Part shown: one piece after another, positions 1-11,640 of the stretch | How positions within the stretch are numbered: the stretch's first letter is position 1 | How the letters are laid out: every line of letters starts with the position of its first letter | Assembly (NCBI RefSeq): GCF_009914755.1 | Contig: NC_060937.1 | Direction: 5' to 3' (one strand) | DNA length: 64,000 nucleotides | From: the human T2T-CHM13v2.0 reference genome, Homo sapiens | The notes under the pieces: generated by a model | Seen by the model: only the letters and a program-made list of their open reading frames with translations | Database searches by the model: none | Told to the model about the DNA's origin: nothing | Program-made: the position numbers and the translations under genes

Positions 1-765
1 TCCCTTTTTTAGCTCCCACATATAAGTAAGAATATGCAATATTTGTCTTTCTGTGCCTGACATATTTCACTTAACATAATGACCTCCAGTGGAATTCATG
101 TTGTTGCAAATGACAGGATCTCAGTCTTTATTATGGCTGAATAGTACCTCACTTTATATATGTACCACATTTTCTCTATTTATTCATTCATTGATAGACA
201 TTTAGGTTGCTTTCATAACTTGGCTATTGTGTATAGTGCTGCAATAAACATGGGAGTGCAGATATCTCTTCGATATACTGATTTCCTTTTGTTTGGGTAT
301 GTACCCATCAGTGGTACTGCTTGATCATATGGTAGTTCTATTTTTAGTTTTTTGAGGAACTTCTCTACTCTTCTCCGTAGCGGTTATACTAATTTACATT
401 CCCTCCAAGAGTGGGAGTTCTCTTTTCTCTACATCCTCACCAACATTAATTGTTGCTTTTCTTTTTGATAAAATTCTTTTTACTGTGGTGAGATGATGTC
501 TCACTGTGGCTTTGATTTGGATTTCTCTGATGATTAATGATATTGAACATTTTTTATTTGCTTATTGGCCGTAGGAAACAGGCAACAAAATGAAGAGACA
601 ATCCATAGAATGGGATAAAATATTTGCAAACTACACATCTGACAAGGAACACATAACCAGATTATATGAGGAATGTAAATAACTCAACACAGAAAAAAAA
701 ATCTCATTTAAAAATGGGCAAAATATCTGAATAGACATTTCTCAAAAGAAGACATATAAATGGCC
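1..765 (-). mobile_element. Old L1 (L1MA/L1PB-like) 3' ORF2 region with 5' inversion (minus 1-570, plus 571-765)
   Basis: Antisense L1 ORF2 motifs (ttggctattgtgtatagtgctgcaataaacatgggagtgcag) run to 570. Sense ORF2 (tgggataaaatatttgcaaac...gacatataaatggcc) follows to 765. Both parts break at the same ggcc position of L1. Confidence 0.85.
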
Positions 766-1155
766 TACAATGCACATTTTTAAAATGCTTATTATATGAT
801 ATACAACTGTCTATAGAGAAAAGCAAATTTGCATTTTGTCTTAGACTTAAAAAAGGTAGCTATTAACAATCTATTTGCCAGGAAACTCTTTAATATGCAA
901 AAAATTGTTTACAGGTCAATCTCTCTCAACTACATGAGCTTCGGAAGAATAAGAAATTTCTTCTATTCTTCATTAAATACTGAGCAGTAATAATAATGCA
1001 TTGTGAAGTGAAAGGTCTTAGAAGACACATCTCAGTAGATGGCTTGGGACTAGGTCTATGAGGATATAGGTAGGCTTTCCGTCTCTTAAGTACTTACAGT
1101 CCTTATATAAGAGGAAAGGGGGTACAATACAAATGCAAGGATATATATATATATA

Positions 1156-1453
1156 ATTTTCTTATTGTTCTGGAGACTAGAATTTCAATATCAAGATAGC
1201 AGCAGGTTTTGCTTTTTGTAAAGCCTCTGTCTTTGGCTTGCAGATAGCTAGCCTCACTGTGTCCTCACGAGGTCTTTTCTCTATACATTCACTTGTCTTC
1301 TTATGGGGACACCAGTCGTTGTATTAGAACACACACATATGGCCTCATTTTACTTTAATTACCTTTTTTAAAGTCCCCATCTCTAAATATAGTTACATGC
1401 TGAGATAGTATTTCAACATATATATTTTGGGAGAAAAAATTCAGCCCAAAACA
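1156..1453 (-). mobile_element. MaLR LTR, MLT1A-like
   Basis: ttctggagactag...tcaagat...ggcttgcagatag...ggcctcattt...tttcaacata...ttcagcccaaaaca matches the reverse strand of an MLT1A-type LTR. Confidence 0.75.
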
Positions 1454-2283
1454 CTCTATCTTCTGGTCCCACATAATTTATGTTATTCATATGAAAGGAC
1501 ATATGACAGGATTTTATGAAAAATATAGTCACTCTATCTCAACAGCCACACAAGTCTTAACCCATTTCAGCATCAACTCTAAGTCCAAAATATCAACTAA
1601 ATATCATCTAAGTTATGGGTGATACTCAAGGTCTGATTTGTTTTAAAACAAAATTACTCTCTAGCTATGAACCTGTAAAACCAGACAACATACAATGCTT
1701 CTGAAATACAACAGTGGGGTAGTCATTGGATAAATATTACCATTCCAAAAGGGAAAAAAATAAAAGAAGAAAGAAATCGTGGGTCCCTAGCATATCTGAA
1801 ACCTAGCAGGGCAATTTTTATTCAATTTTAATGCTTCAAACATCCTCTTTAGCTCAATGCTTTGTTCTCTTAGTCCACAAAAACCCTGCCTTCTGTTCCC
1901 GTAGGGGTGGTGGCCCTTGGTGCTAGGCAGTGCCTTCAATGCTTTGTGTATAAATCTCCTCAGCTAAATGTCCAAGTTAATCACTTGCAGTTCTGTCATC
2001 CACTAAACACTAGAAAACACTTCAGTCAAGTTCTTTGCCACTTTATGATAAGGATCATCATTCCTCCAGTGTACAATAAGTTGTATGTTCCTCATTTCCA
2101 TTGGAGGACTCACCATGAGCACTTTTGTCATCCATGTTTCTACCAAAAGTCTCTTCAGGGAAACCAAGGCTTTTTCTAACATGCATCTCAAAAATTCTTG
2201 CCTCTACCTGTGGATCTATTTCAAAGTCACTTCCACATTTGAGGTATTAGTTACAGCAGTACTCTGCTTCCTAGTACCAGTAT
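1454..2283 (-). mobile_element. MaLR internal sequence (MLT1-int), internally deleted
   Basis: Directly abuts the LTR. Contains MaLR-int motifs (cttaacccatttcagcatcaactc; cattccaaaaggga; aaagtcacttccacatttgaggtattagttacagcagtactctgcttcctagtacca). Confidence 0.7.
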
Positions 2284-2284
2284 G

Positions 2285-3544
2285 TGTATTCGTATTGGTT
2301 CTCCAAATAGACAACCAAAAGGATGTACATATTTATACAAAGAGGAATCTATTTTTAAGGCATTGGCTCACACCATTGTGGAGGCTTAGCAAGCCCAAAC
2401 TCTTCACAGTAAGCAGTGGACTGTAGATACAGGAAAGAGTGGCAGTTTGAGTCCAAAAGTAACAGGCTGTCAGAAGTCCCTCTTCTTCGGTAAGGCCAGT
2501 CTTTTTCTATAAAGGCCTTTGATTGGTTGAATGAAGACCATGCAAATAATGGAGGATAATCTGCTTTGCTCAAAATCTACTGATTTAAATGTTTTTGTTT
2601 TATTTTTATTTTTATTTTTATACTTTAAGTTTTAGGGTACATGTGCACAACGTGCAGGTTAGTTACATGTGTATACATGTGCCATGTTGGTGTTCTGCAC
2701 CCATCAACTCATCATCTAACATTAGGTATATCTCCTAATGCTATCCCTCACCCCTCCCCCCGCCCCCACCCCACAACAGGCCCCGGTGTGTGATGTTCCC
2801 CTTCCTGTGTCCATGTGTTCTCATTGTTCAATTCCCACCTATGAGTGAGAACATGTGGTTTTTGGTTATCCAGAATCTACAATGAACTCAAACAAATGTA
2901 CAAGAAAAAAACAAACAGCCCCATCAACAAGTGGGCGAAGGATATGAACAGACACTTCTCAAAAGAAGACATTTATGCAGCCAAAAGACACATGAAAAAA
3001 TGCTCATCTTCACTGGCCATCAGAGAAATGCAAATCAAAACCACAATGAGATACCATCTCACACCAGTTAGAATGGCGATCATTAAAAAGTCAGGAAACA
3101 ACAGGTGCTGGAGAAGATGTGGAGAAATAGGAACACTTTTACACTGTTGGTGGGACTGTAAACTAGTTCAACCATTGTGGAAGTCAGTGTGGCGATTCCT
3201 CAGAGATCTTAAACTAGAAATACCATTTGACCCAGCCATCCCATTACTGGGTATATGCCCAAAGGATTATAAATCATGCTGCTATAAAGACACATGCACA
3301 CGTATATTCATTGTGGCACTATACACAATAGCAAACACTTGGAACCAAGCCAAATGTCCAACAATGATAGACTGGATTAAGAAAATGTGGCACATATACA
3401 CCATGGAATACTATGCAGCCATAAAAAATGATGATTTAAATGTTTATCTCTTCTAAAAAGTCCCTTCGCAGAGACATCTGCAATAATGTTTGGAAAAATA
3501 TCTGAGTATCATGGGCTAGCCAAGTTGACATATAAGTCAACCAT
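2285..3544 (-). mobile_element. ERVL LTR, MLT2C-like, split by an L1PA insertion (2285-2594 and 3432-3544)
   Basis: ggttctcc...aggcattggctcacacc...ggataatctgctttgctcaaaatctactgatttaaatg, resuming with ataatgtttgg...gccaagttgacatataag after the L1. Confidence 0.75.
2595..3431 (-). mobile_element. L1PA4/5-like, 5'-truncated and 5'-inverted, with 14-bp TSD
   Basis: Poly-T tail and 3'UTR antisense at 2595-2867, then sense ORF2 C-terminus at 2867-3433 (ORF 2845..3456). TSD tgatttaaatgttt at 2581-2594 and 3432-3445. Confidence 0.93.
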
Positions 3545-5889
3545 GGAATCTGTGTGTTTGTTCTCTATTTTTCCTATTAAGCAGACTCCTATCACTCAAA
3601 GTAATGCTAACTAGCATAAAAACTGTACTCATAACAACAAAGTACGTGATCATTTGGAAATCAAACATGTTTTCAAATAAAAAGAACTATTAAAAATTAT
3701 GATTTTTTTGGAGAAGAAAAAATTATTGAGATAAATTTAGAACTTCAACATTAGAAAAGACCCAATCTCATAACTTGATTTATTAATTACTGTAATTATG
3801 TTTAATAGATACTACATGAAATTTATAATCTTGGCAAAGACACATGTAAAATATATTTTTGTTCTAACGTAGACTCTATACCAATGAGATAGGAATTAAT
3901 TGATTTAGATATTGTAAAATAATAATAAAGAGCATGCTTTTACAGAATTAGCTGAATAAACCAGATGTCTCCGCTACATTTTTAATTTTATTTTTATTTT
4001 CATTTATGTGTATCAACTACTCGATTACTATAATTTATTTTTTATTATGCTATCATTTTAAAATTCATGTTAGCTTTTAAAATAATTTTCCTTGACTTTT
4101 ATTATTTATTCTATGGTTAAAAATAGTTTTTGTTATTTAGTGTTGATAAGATGATGACAGTAGTCAGTGGTGTTTAATGGACTTTTCTAACTTGTCCCTC
4201 ATTATTCTTGCAGTGTTTTCTGACACCTGATAAATGGAAAACAACTTCAAAAGCACTTAGCCATGTAAATAACTGTGCTAAAAGCATTATTAAAAATTTT
4301 GAAATCCAGAGCCACATTTAGTCACAACTATAGAATGCAAAAATTATCAACCCTATCATCAGCACTTAGCTACTTGTAAATGATGACTTACCAAAAATTT
4401 ATTTGATCCTGAAAAACAAGTTGCAGGCAAAACCAAGTTTTGTGTGTATGTGTGTGTCAAAAGTAGTTGAGAAACAAGTGACTCAAGGAAAACATACTTT
4501 TTGTGAAGCACAGAATTTATATTTTTATAAGATGTAATAAATCATTCTATGTTTTCCAAATGTTTCCATTTATTTTCCCTGTGAATGACATTTAATTTTT
4601 CAAACTATTATTTGAACGTCATGTGTGTCATTTTTCATGCTATTTTCAGCAAAAGTTATGCCTACTTATTATTAGATTCCCTGTGCTTGTTGAAAGTTTA
4701 GGTGGGAGAAGATACTTTAATAAGCCAAATCAATAGGGCAATTCCTGATGCTATTGGTCTTGCAAGAGTTGCAACTTGGATGTTCATCTTTTATAAACAC
4801 TTAACAAGCAGCATTGAGAGATGCTCTTTGAGGTAAAGATAAGCACACCTTTCCTATTAGTTCCTTTTGAGCTCTAGTTTGTGTAAAGTACATAAAATGT
4901 AAGTACATAAATGCTGGGAATTTTCTCTATGTGTTTTTTTTTTAATTGTAAGGAAATGTGTTTGGGGGACTGTTATTGGAGATTCCTAGTGTTAAGAGTC
5001 ATGGGATTAATTTTTAGTTTCTATTCAATAAGAAGAAACAGGATATGCAGTGTTGAAAATAATATCTATACATGGAGATCTCCTTAACTGAAATGTCCCA
5101 TTCCTTTCACATGCAAATCCACAACAAACAATAGTTCATATCAATTTGCTTTCATTGGTCATAGCATAACTTTGGGTTGCAAGATTTTTAGTTTGAATCA
5201 GAGGTATGCCTTTTACTAGTGGATGAAATTATAGAAGTTAACTCCATTTCTCCATTTTCTTGTTCCCTGGCCAAAATAATATTCACATATATGGATTCAG
5301 ATTTTATAATGATAAGATTTTGTTTAAATATTTAGGAAAAGTTAAGAATTAATATAATGTCAGGTACAATGAGAGCACTTAACAAGCATTTATTACATTA
5401 ATTTCAAAAAGTGATCCAAATAATTTAATGCACTAAATTTTCATCAAATCACTATAGAATGCTGAGTATATGCTCGTCACATATTACACTTATTTGTGTG
5501 ACATTTAAGAGCAAAACAATTTTTCTTTGTTAGTTGTTCATTTACGTATGTGTCATGGCAGCTCTATCATGCTACTGCTTTTCCCATTTTATCATAGTCT
5601 ACATCCCTTTTATAAATTAAGCAATTTATTTAGCCATAGAGTTAGATTTTGGTTTTGTATATTGAAATGGTCTTTGGGATTTTCTGTAAGAAAACAATTT
5701 TTTTGGCCTTGTATACTTCTGGGAAATGGCTGAGTATCTAATTATGTAAATGTGCTTAGAATATTTCCCAGGATAAATTATAGACACTTCTAAAATAATA
5801 TAATGACAGGAGACATATAGACAGTGAAATTAGTTCAAAACTGTATAATCAATTACATCAATAGTGATTACTATGTTTATGGGTGAAAT

Positions 5890-6130
5890 GTTACTATAGG
5901 ATTTGATTATCACCAGAATTATACTGTAAACATTCTTTTTTATCTATACTTGCTCTCTCAGCATTATGTTTTAGAGATTCATTCATGTGGTTGTCACTGG
6001 CAATAACTTGTTCAATTTCTTTGATGAATAGTATTCCATTGTATGAATATGCCACATCCTATTGTTGATGAAAATTTGTCTTGTTTTCAATTGAGGTTAC
6101 AAAAGTGCTGCTAGAAAATGTTTTATTAAT
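5890..6130 (-). mobile_element. Old L1M 3' fragment
   Basis: ctcagcattatgttttagagattcattcatgtgg...gaatagtattccattgtatgaatatgccac is a degenerate antisense L1M motif. Confidence 0.6.
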
Positions 6131-6132
6131 GT

Positions 6133-6640
6133 TGTAGCTGACACTGTTGATGCCCACTCCATATTATTTGGCCTGCCTCTGTTTTCACTGCAAGTTGTAA
6201 AATATCAGCTATATTTAGAGTTTTTAAAATCGCATCCATCTGTGTATTTTGACTTATTTTTCCAGAGTCTTTTTCTAGAACTGCATAGGCTTTTCCAATG
6301 CAAGTAGGGCAGCTTGGTATACCAAGAATTTAACACCCAAGGAAACCAGCTACTGTGACGTATGGAGGTTGGTGGATACATTTTCAGCTTTCCTATCTGA
6401 TGGGAAGTCATTCTGATGTATTTCAACATAATACCCAGGAAATCCCCAAAAGGATGGAGTTCCACATGCCCCAACAATATCCTATTCATTAACACATTTA
6501 TTGGCTTTAGCATTACTACATTTCTGGTCTGACTTTTGACAGACATTTACTTGTGCTTTTGGAGGCCTTCATTCACATAATCTTGTCTGTACATTAGTCC
6601 CAGTCTCAATATCTTCTTTTAGAGAAAACTCAATCTAAGA
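6133..6640 (+). mobile_element. ERVL LTR, LTR16-like
   Basis: Begins tgtagctgacactgttgatgccc and ends cagtctcaatatcttcttttagagaaaactcaatctaagata, resembling LTR16-family termini. Confidence 0.55.
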
Positions 6641-8760
6641 TAATTGGCATTAAAAGTAACCTAGAATTTACCATCTCAGAAGCAGACATTGTATTTTGAA
6701 GTCAGTTGATGTGAATGATTCCTTATTGGTAGTAAGTGGGTGGATTAGTATGTTAGGAGGCTCCAGCAAGTAGGTGTAGTTAGTTAGGAGTCTTCAGCAA
6801 ATAGGAGGTATATTACAACAGACAGATGTAGCCCTTTTTTCCTTGCTAGAACACAACAGGCTCCTGCTCCCTAAAAATTTGTTATGGACTCTCAGCAAAG
6901 ACAAATACCTCAAGAGATGATATCCTTATTTAGATTCAAGTTACTATCCTGCTTTACTCTTTGGCAGATAACTAGGTTCTTAGCATAGTCTAAACAGAGA
7001 AGTGCAGTCCTAACCATGAGGGAAATAATTTACTTATGAAAATAACTGCAGGATTTGGCTAATACCCACCTGTAGGAGTCCAGGGAAAGTGTATGAAAGT
7101 GGGTCTTGAGAATGTTAAACAGAGATGCCATGTAATATTAGAGAGATGCTACTGATATGGGAGCATTCAGCCTTGACTCAAAATCTAATATCCAATACAT
7201 TTGAATCTTCAAAAAAACGATAGCCTACAGTGAATGTCATAAAGAGATTGAGGCTGTTTTTGCAGAATGTTGCGGGAGGGAGGGTCAGAAAGCTAAATGG
7301 TGTTAGTATTTCTATATAAATTAAGAAAAAAAGATAACAGTGTCTGACTCTCTTCTCCAGCAGGCCTGGGAATACACATTCTTTTCTAAAACTGTGAGGA
7401 ATGCAATGAACAAAAAGGCACCAGAGTAGTTGAGAAACCAAGTGGTGACTCTTTTCTATATAAAGGCACCATAGTGGAAGATGTTGCCATGGAACTCATG
7501 TGCTCACTAATAGCAATAGGCGTGACAATATTTTGTAATAGCAGAATTCAGGCATGGATTTTATTGTCAGAGGCAAGATGGATATAATTAATAAAATGAG
7601 CTACAAGGCAAGAATGACAAAGAGAAAATGTGATCCATAGAAATTTTTGGTAATAGATAATAGAGCATGGTATTGAATGACAATGAAGATGCCATTTATC
7701 TTAAATAATCTAAAAGAATCAAGAGCTAGCAAACATAAAACTACTAACAATTGCTATGATGGAAGATCATAGAGCATCAATCAGTTTCCAGAGCTGTGTC
7801 CATTTCACACCTAAATCATATAAAGGAAGGTTAGACCTCTTTCGGGAAGAATCACATAATACCTACTACAAGTATATAGAAAAATTATTCTTAAATCTTC
7901 TACAAAGTAATAAGTAAATATTTACTGGAGTGACAGTAAATTAGAAGAAGAGGAAACACAGACCCACAAGGCCTGTTGAATATAATGTTAAATTTACAAT
8001 TGATACCAAGATACTTGGAATGACATAATGCACTCCTCCTTACGCATTAGATGCAGTCCTCTCTGGAGGCCATGCCTCTATGTGTGTCATGGATCTGTGA
8101 AACTACTCTGTGACTGTTTTCCTATCCCCAAATGCATAGGTGCAATGGGTATGCATAATAGTTGCCAAAACTCAGATTTCTTAACTCAGGGACTAATAGC
8201 CATTATGGAAGGAAAACTAAATAGAGTGCATAAAACTGCCCACAGCCCCTAGACAAGAAAGTAACTCAGAAGCAAGGTGGCATCCACTTATGCAATCTTA
8301 CTACATATGACTAGAGATAGATGAAGGGGAAAATACTGTCAGTTCTATGGCAGTCTTCTGACTGAACTTGATAGTCCTACCCTCAGGATGGGGAACACTA
8401 TATGAAAACTAATGACAAATGGAAAGACGGATAAATGCTTTCTAATAAAAAGGGAACAAATAAATGGATCATTCAAAAATGAAACAGTATTACTTTAGTG
8501 TGTTGTGAAAGGTTCTGAATGAGATATTATCTCCGAGCTGTGTTTACAGATGGTCATAAATGTAAAGCTATTTCCTTCTATTGATTGAAGTTGAAGGTCC
8601 AGGATGGTCCCAGTGAATTTAATTATTCAATCTGGAGTCATCTATGTAATGTGTCTTAATGACACTGACAGCACTTTGTAGTGAACACTTGGAATAATTC
8701 TGAAGTTGATTTGTATTTCAATTTCCATTATACAGTTTACAGCTATTAGAAAAGGCTCTT
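6641..8760 (+). mobile_element. Degraded ERVL internal region (ERV3-16A3/ERVL-E-like)
   Basis: Follows the LTR directly (attggcattaaaagt). Contains gag/pro-like relics (tgggtcttgagaatgtt; gagaaaggcaccag-like; ttcctatccccaaatgcatag). No intact ORF. Confidence 0.5.
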
Positions 8761-10175
8761 GTGGAAGGTAATGAGTGGGAACTGTTATATGTGCACCAAA
8801 AATTGCTTTGAGTAATAGAAACTCAAGATTACTATGTAACTGTTAACCTCCGTGATGACCTGTGGATAAAGATGTCTATATATGGTGTACATATCTAGAT
8901 GTCTATCCAGATGGAATATTTGTTGAATGCCTGGCTTCTCATAGTATTATAGGCCTTAATGCCTATAGTCCAATGTGTGTGCATATTGTGGAGAGGTGTG
9001 GATAGAGGGAAATAATCAATATGAAGAGTAACTAGCATACAGAAGTCAGTATCAGGGTCAGGGTCAATTTCTAGGCTCATATACCTTCTTCTAATAGTCT
9101 CAATATCCAGAAATGGTGCCTATGGGAATCTTTTTGGCATGCATAAAATGCATATGTCTAAAGTATATTAGAATGCATAGACTAAAGTATATTTGGGCTT
9201 GACTTCTGCGCATCTGACATAATCGTTCCTAAGAAACGATTAAGTTTACCAACCTAATATGAAAAAATGAATACCGGCATGTCCAAAAAGAATTTGGATC
9301 TGGAATAAACTTAATATTTTTTCTCCTTGATTTACATCCCAATCCATGACAGCAGTTGGTAAATGAGCAGAGTTATTTTTGTTAAGAAGATCAATAAATA
9401 CTATTGTTAATTATAACTGATTTAATTTTTTAATGATACATATATAACCAATATGTAACTGCGATTTAGTGTAATCCTAGTGTAATTGGTAAGATTAATT
9501 TGATTGGTCTCAACAAAACATTTGATATTACTAATAAAATATTTAAAAAATTAAAACTTTTACAAGATATTTATCCAATAAAAACTAATTTAACAGAGGA
9601 GGAAATATAGATGTTTAATAATAAATTAATTGTTTTGTCAGTCTGTTGGTTTGAACTTCAACAAAGTTTAAATCTCAATAATGAAAAGAAGGAAAGAGTT
9701 AAACATAATTATTAACCAATTTTTGCTGGAATGTTTAGTAAACCAAAATTTGTTAAAGCAATATCTCATTTGTCAATACAGATCATTAGTATTTTGACAG
9801 TTATTCTTTTTTTCTTTTTCTATTCTATAAATACTACAAAAGATTGACCATAGATGATTTATAATTAAAAATTCTGGGCCAAGAGTCAAAGGGCAGATTA
9901 TGGAAAATACAATGGATTTATAGCTTAGAATCTATGCTTGGAAAAATTGTTAATGATATCAAACCAGGACATCTTTAAATGTGTAAGAAGTAATCAAATT
10001 TATGACTCACTCCAACAATAAAAAAAGAAGCTTTGCAGATAAATTTTCCAAAATGAAAAACTGCAAGATAGCCACATTTTGTTATTTAAATTTATATTGA
10101 TTATAGCTAAATAAAAATAAATAATATTTAATTCCAGCTCCCACAAGTCACATTTCAAATGTTCAGTAGCCATAT

Positions 10176-10503
10176 TGTATTAGTCAGGGTTCTCTAGAGG
10201 GACAGAACTAATGGAATAGATACATATATAAAGGGGAGTTTATTAAGTATTAACTTTCACAATCACAAGGTCCCACAATAGGCCATCTGCAGGCTGAGGA
10301 GCTAGGAGAGCCAGTCCGAGTTCCAAAACTGAAGAACTTGAAGTCCGATGTTCAAGGGTGGGAAGCATCCAACACAAGAGAAAGATGTAGGCCAGGAGGC
10401 TAGGCCAGTCTCTGACTCAAATGTTAATCTCCTTTGGCAACACCCTCACAGACACGCCCAGGATCAATACTTTGTATCCTTCAATCAAGGTGATACTCAA
10501 TAC
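10176..10503 (-). mobile_element. MLT2A (HERV-L) solo LTR with internal deletion
   Basis: tgtattagtcagggttctctagagggacagaactaatgg...ggtcccacaataggcc...tgactcaaatgttaatctcctttggcaacaccctcacagacac. Confidence 0.9.
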
Positions 10504-10529
10504 CTAGTGGCTATCTATGGAAGACAGGG

Positions 10530-11070
10530 TTAATTTACAATGAACTGAACAAAACTCACTATTTATCTCTGGGGATTCCTGGATGTCTATTTGTTGATTC
10601 TTGGCCAACATAAAATCAGTGGGATTTGTTACATGCAGTTAAAGACTGAACCTTCCCTGGCTACCTCCAGATAGTGTTTTTTTCTTTTGTTTTGTTTTTT
10701 TTCTTACAGGTTTTTAACTGGCTTAACCTGTTTATCAACCTGACTTAAGGGCCAAAAGTGTATACAAATCTTGGAAACATCTGCTTTGAGCTCAGGGGAA
10801 GCCAGGATTTTTCACACAGAACCACACACCTTGGAGGTTCAATCCAGTGACAAGAGCACAGGCTAGGTACAAATAAAATCCCTGGTGAACTGTCACATAA
10901 GATGTCTTTCAGAATTCCAATGCTTGCTTGGATTCTGTTTCTCTTGCTACAAGCACCGTATGCTTTTTTGTTGTTGTTGTTTTTAAACAGAAATCTCTTG
11001 TTTTGTAGAAACTTTTCTAATGCACAACTTGAAACATCTTTGCATTGCTATGTTAGCCAGTGTGACTACA
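10530..11070. mobile_element. Unclassified old LTR (possibly MER54/MER74/MER88 group)
   Basis: About 540 bp inserted between MER3 pieces, ending tgtgactaca, with an aataaa at about 10872. Family assignment is weak. Confidence 0.35.
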
Positions 11071-11399
11071 GAATATTTCTATCATCATAGAAAGTTCTAA
11101 ACAGCTTTGACCTATAAAATTTTTCAATTAATTAATTGAAATGCAGTAAAAACATGGAAATACAATTACTGTTATCATGACACATACCATAAACTCTTTC
11201 ACCACTCATCGTGAGGGAGTGCAAAGATTAAACTATTGTAATCAGAAAGTCTTTGGTGTGGGAAAAAATGGAATATGAGTACTTAATCGAGTTTTAAAGT
11301 TACAGGCTCCTAGTGATAATTAAAAGCAAAGCAACTTCTAGTTGGTTTTATTACTAAATTTAATTCTTCTAGCAACATCTTTTTATTGACTGTATCCAG

Positions 11400-11640
11400 G
11401 TTTAACTGCTCTCAGTACAATCCTTTATGCCACTGGAGCCAGGTCACTTCAGCCAAGCCAGGCTATAAAAGCTAACTTCATCTGACCTAGAGATGCATGA
11501 ACAAGCCTAGCAGGTGAGCATAAAAGATCTGTGAGATCTTGTCTCACAGCTGAACAGGTCTGTGAGAATAATGGATCAAAGTTGTAATCCACTATGCTTT
11601 TCATCATCTCTAGTGCAGCAAGAGATGGCTAATAGAAACA
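11400..11640 (+). mobile_element. Old MLT1 (H/I/J-like) LTR fragment
   Basis: gatgcatgaacaagcctagc...tgtgagaataat...taatccactatgctttt...gcagcaagagatggctaataga resembles the MLT1 3' end. Confidence 0.45.

Larger units (their letters stand above)
10100..11108. mobile_element. MER3/MER33-like hAT MITE broken into three pieces (about 10100-10175, 10504-10528, 11069-11108)
   Basis: cacatttcaaatgttcagtagccat / ctagtggctat...gacag / agaatatttctatcatcatagaaagttct are consecutive MER3 motifs. Confidence 0.6.

Noticed and set aside
6752-6810. Short imperfect tandem duplications (also about 9147-9193, 43019-43040 and 45919-45973)
   Set aside because: Ordinary slippage duplications with no sign of function.
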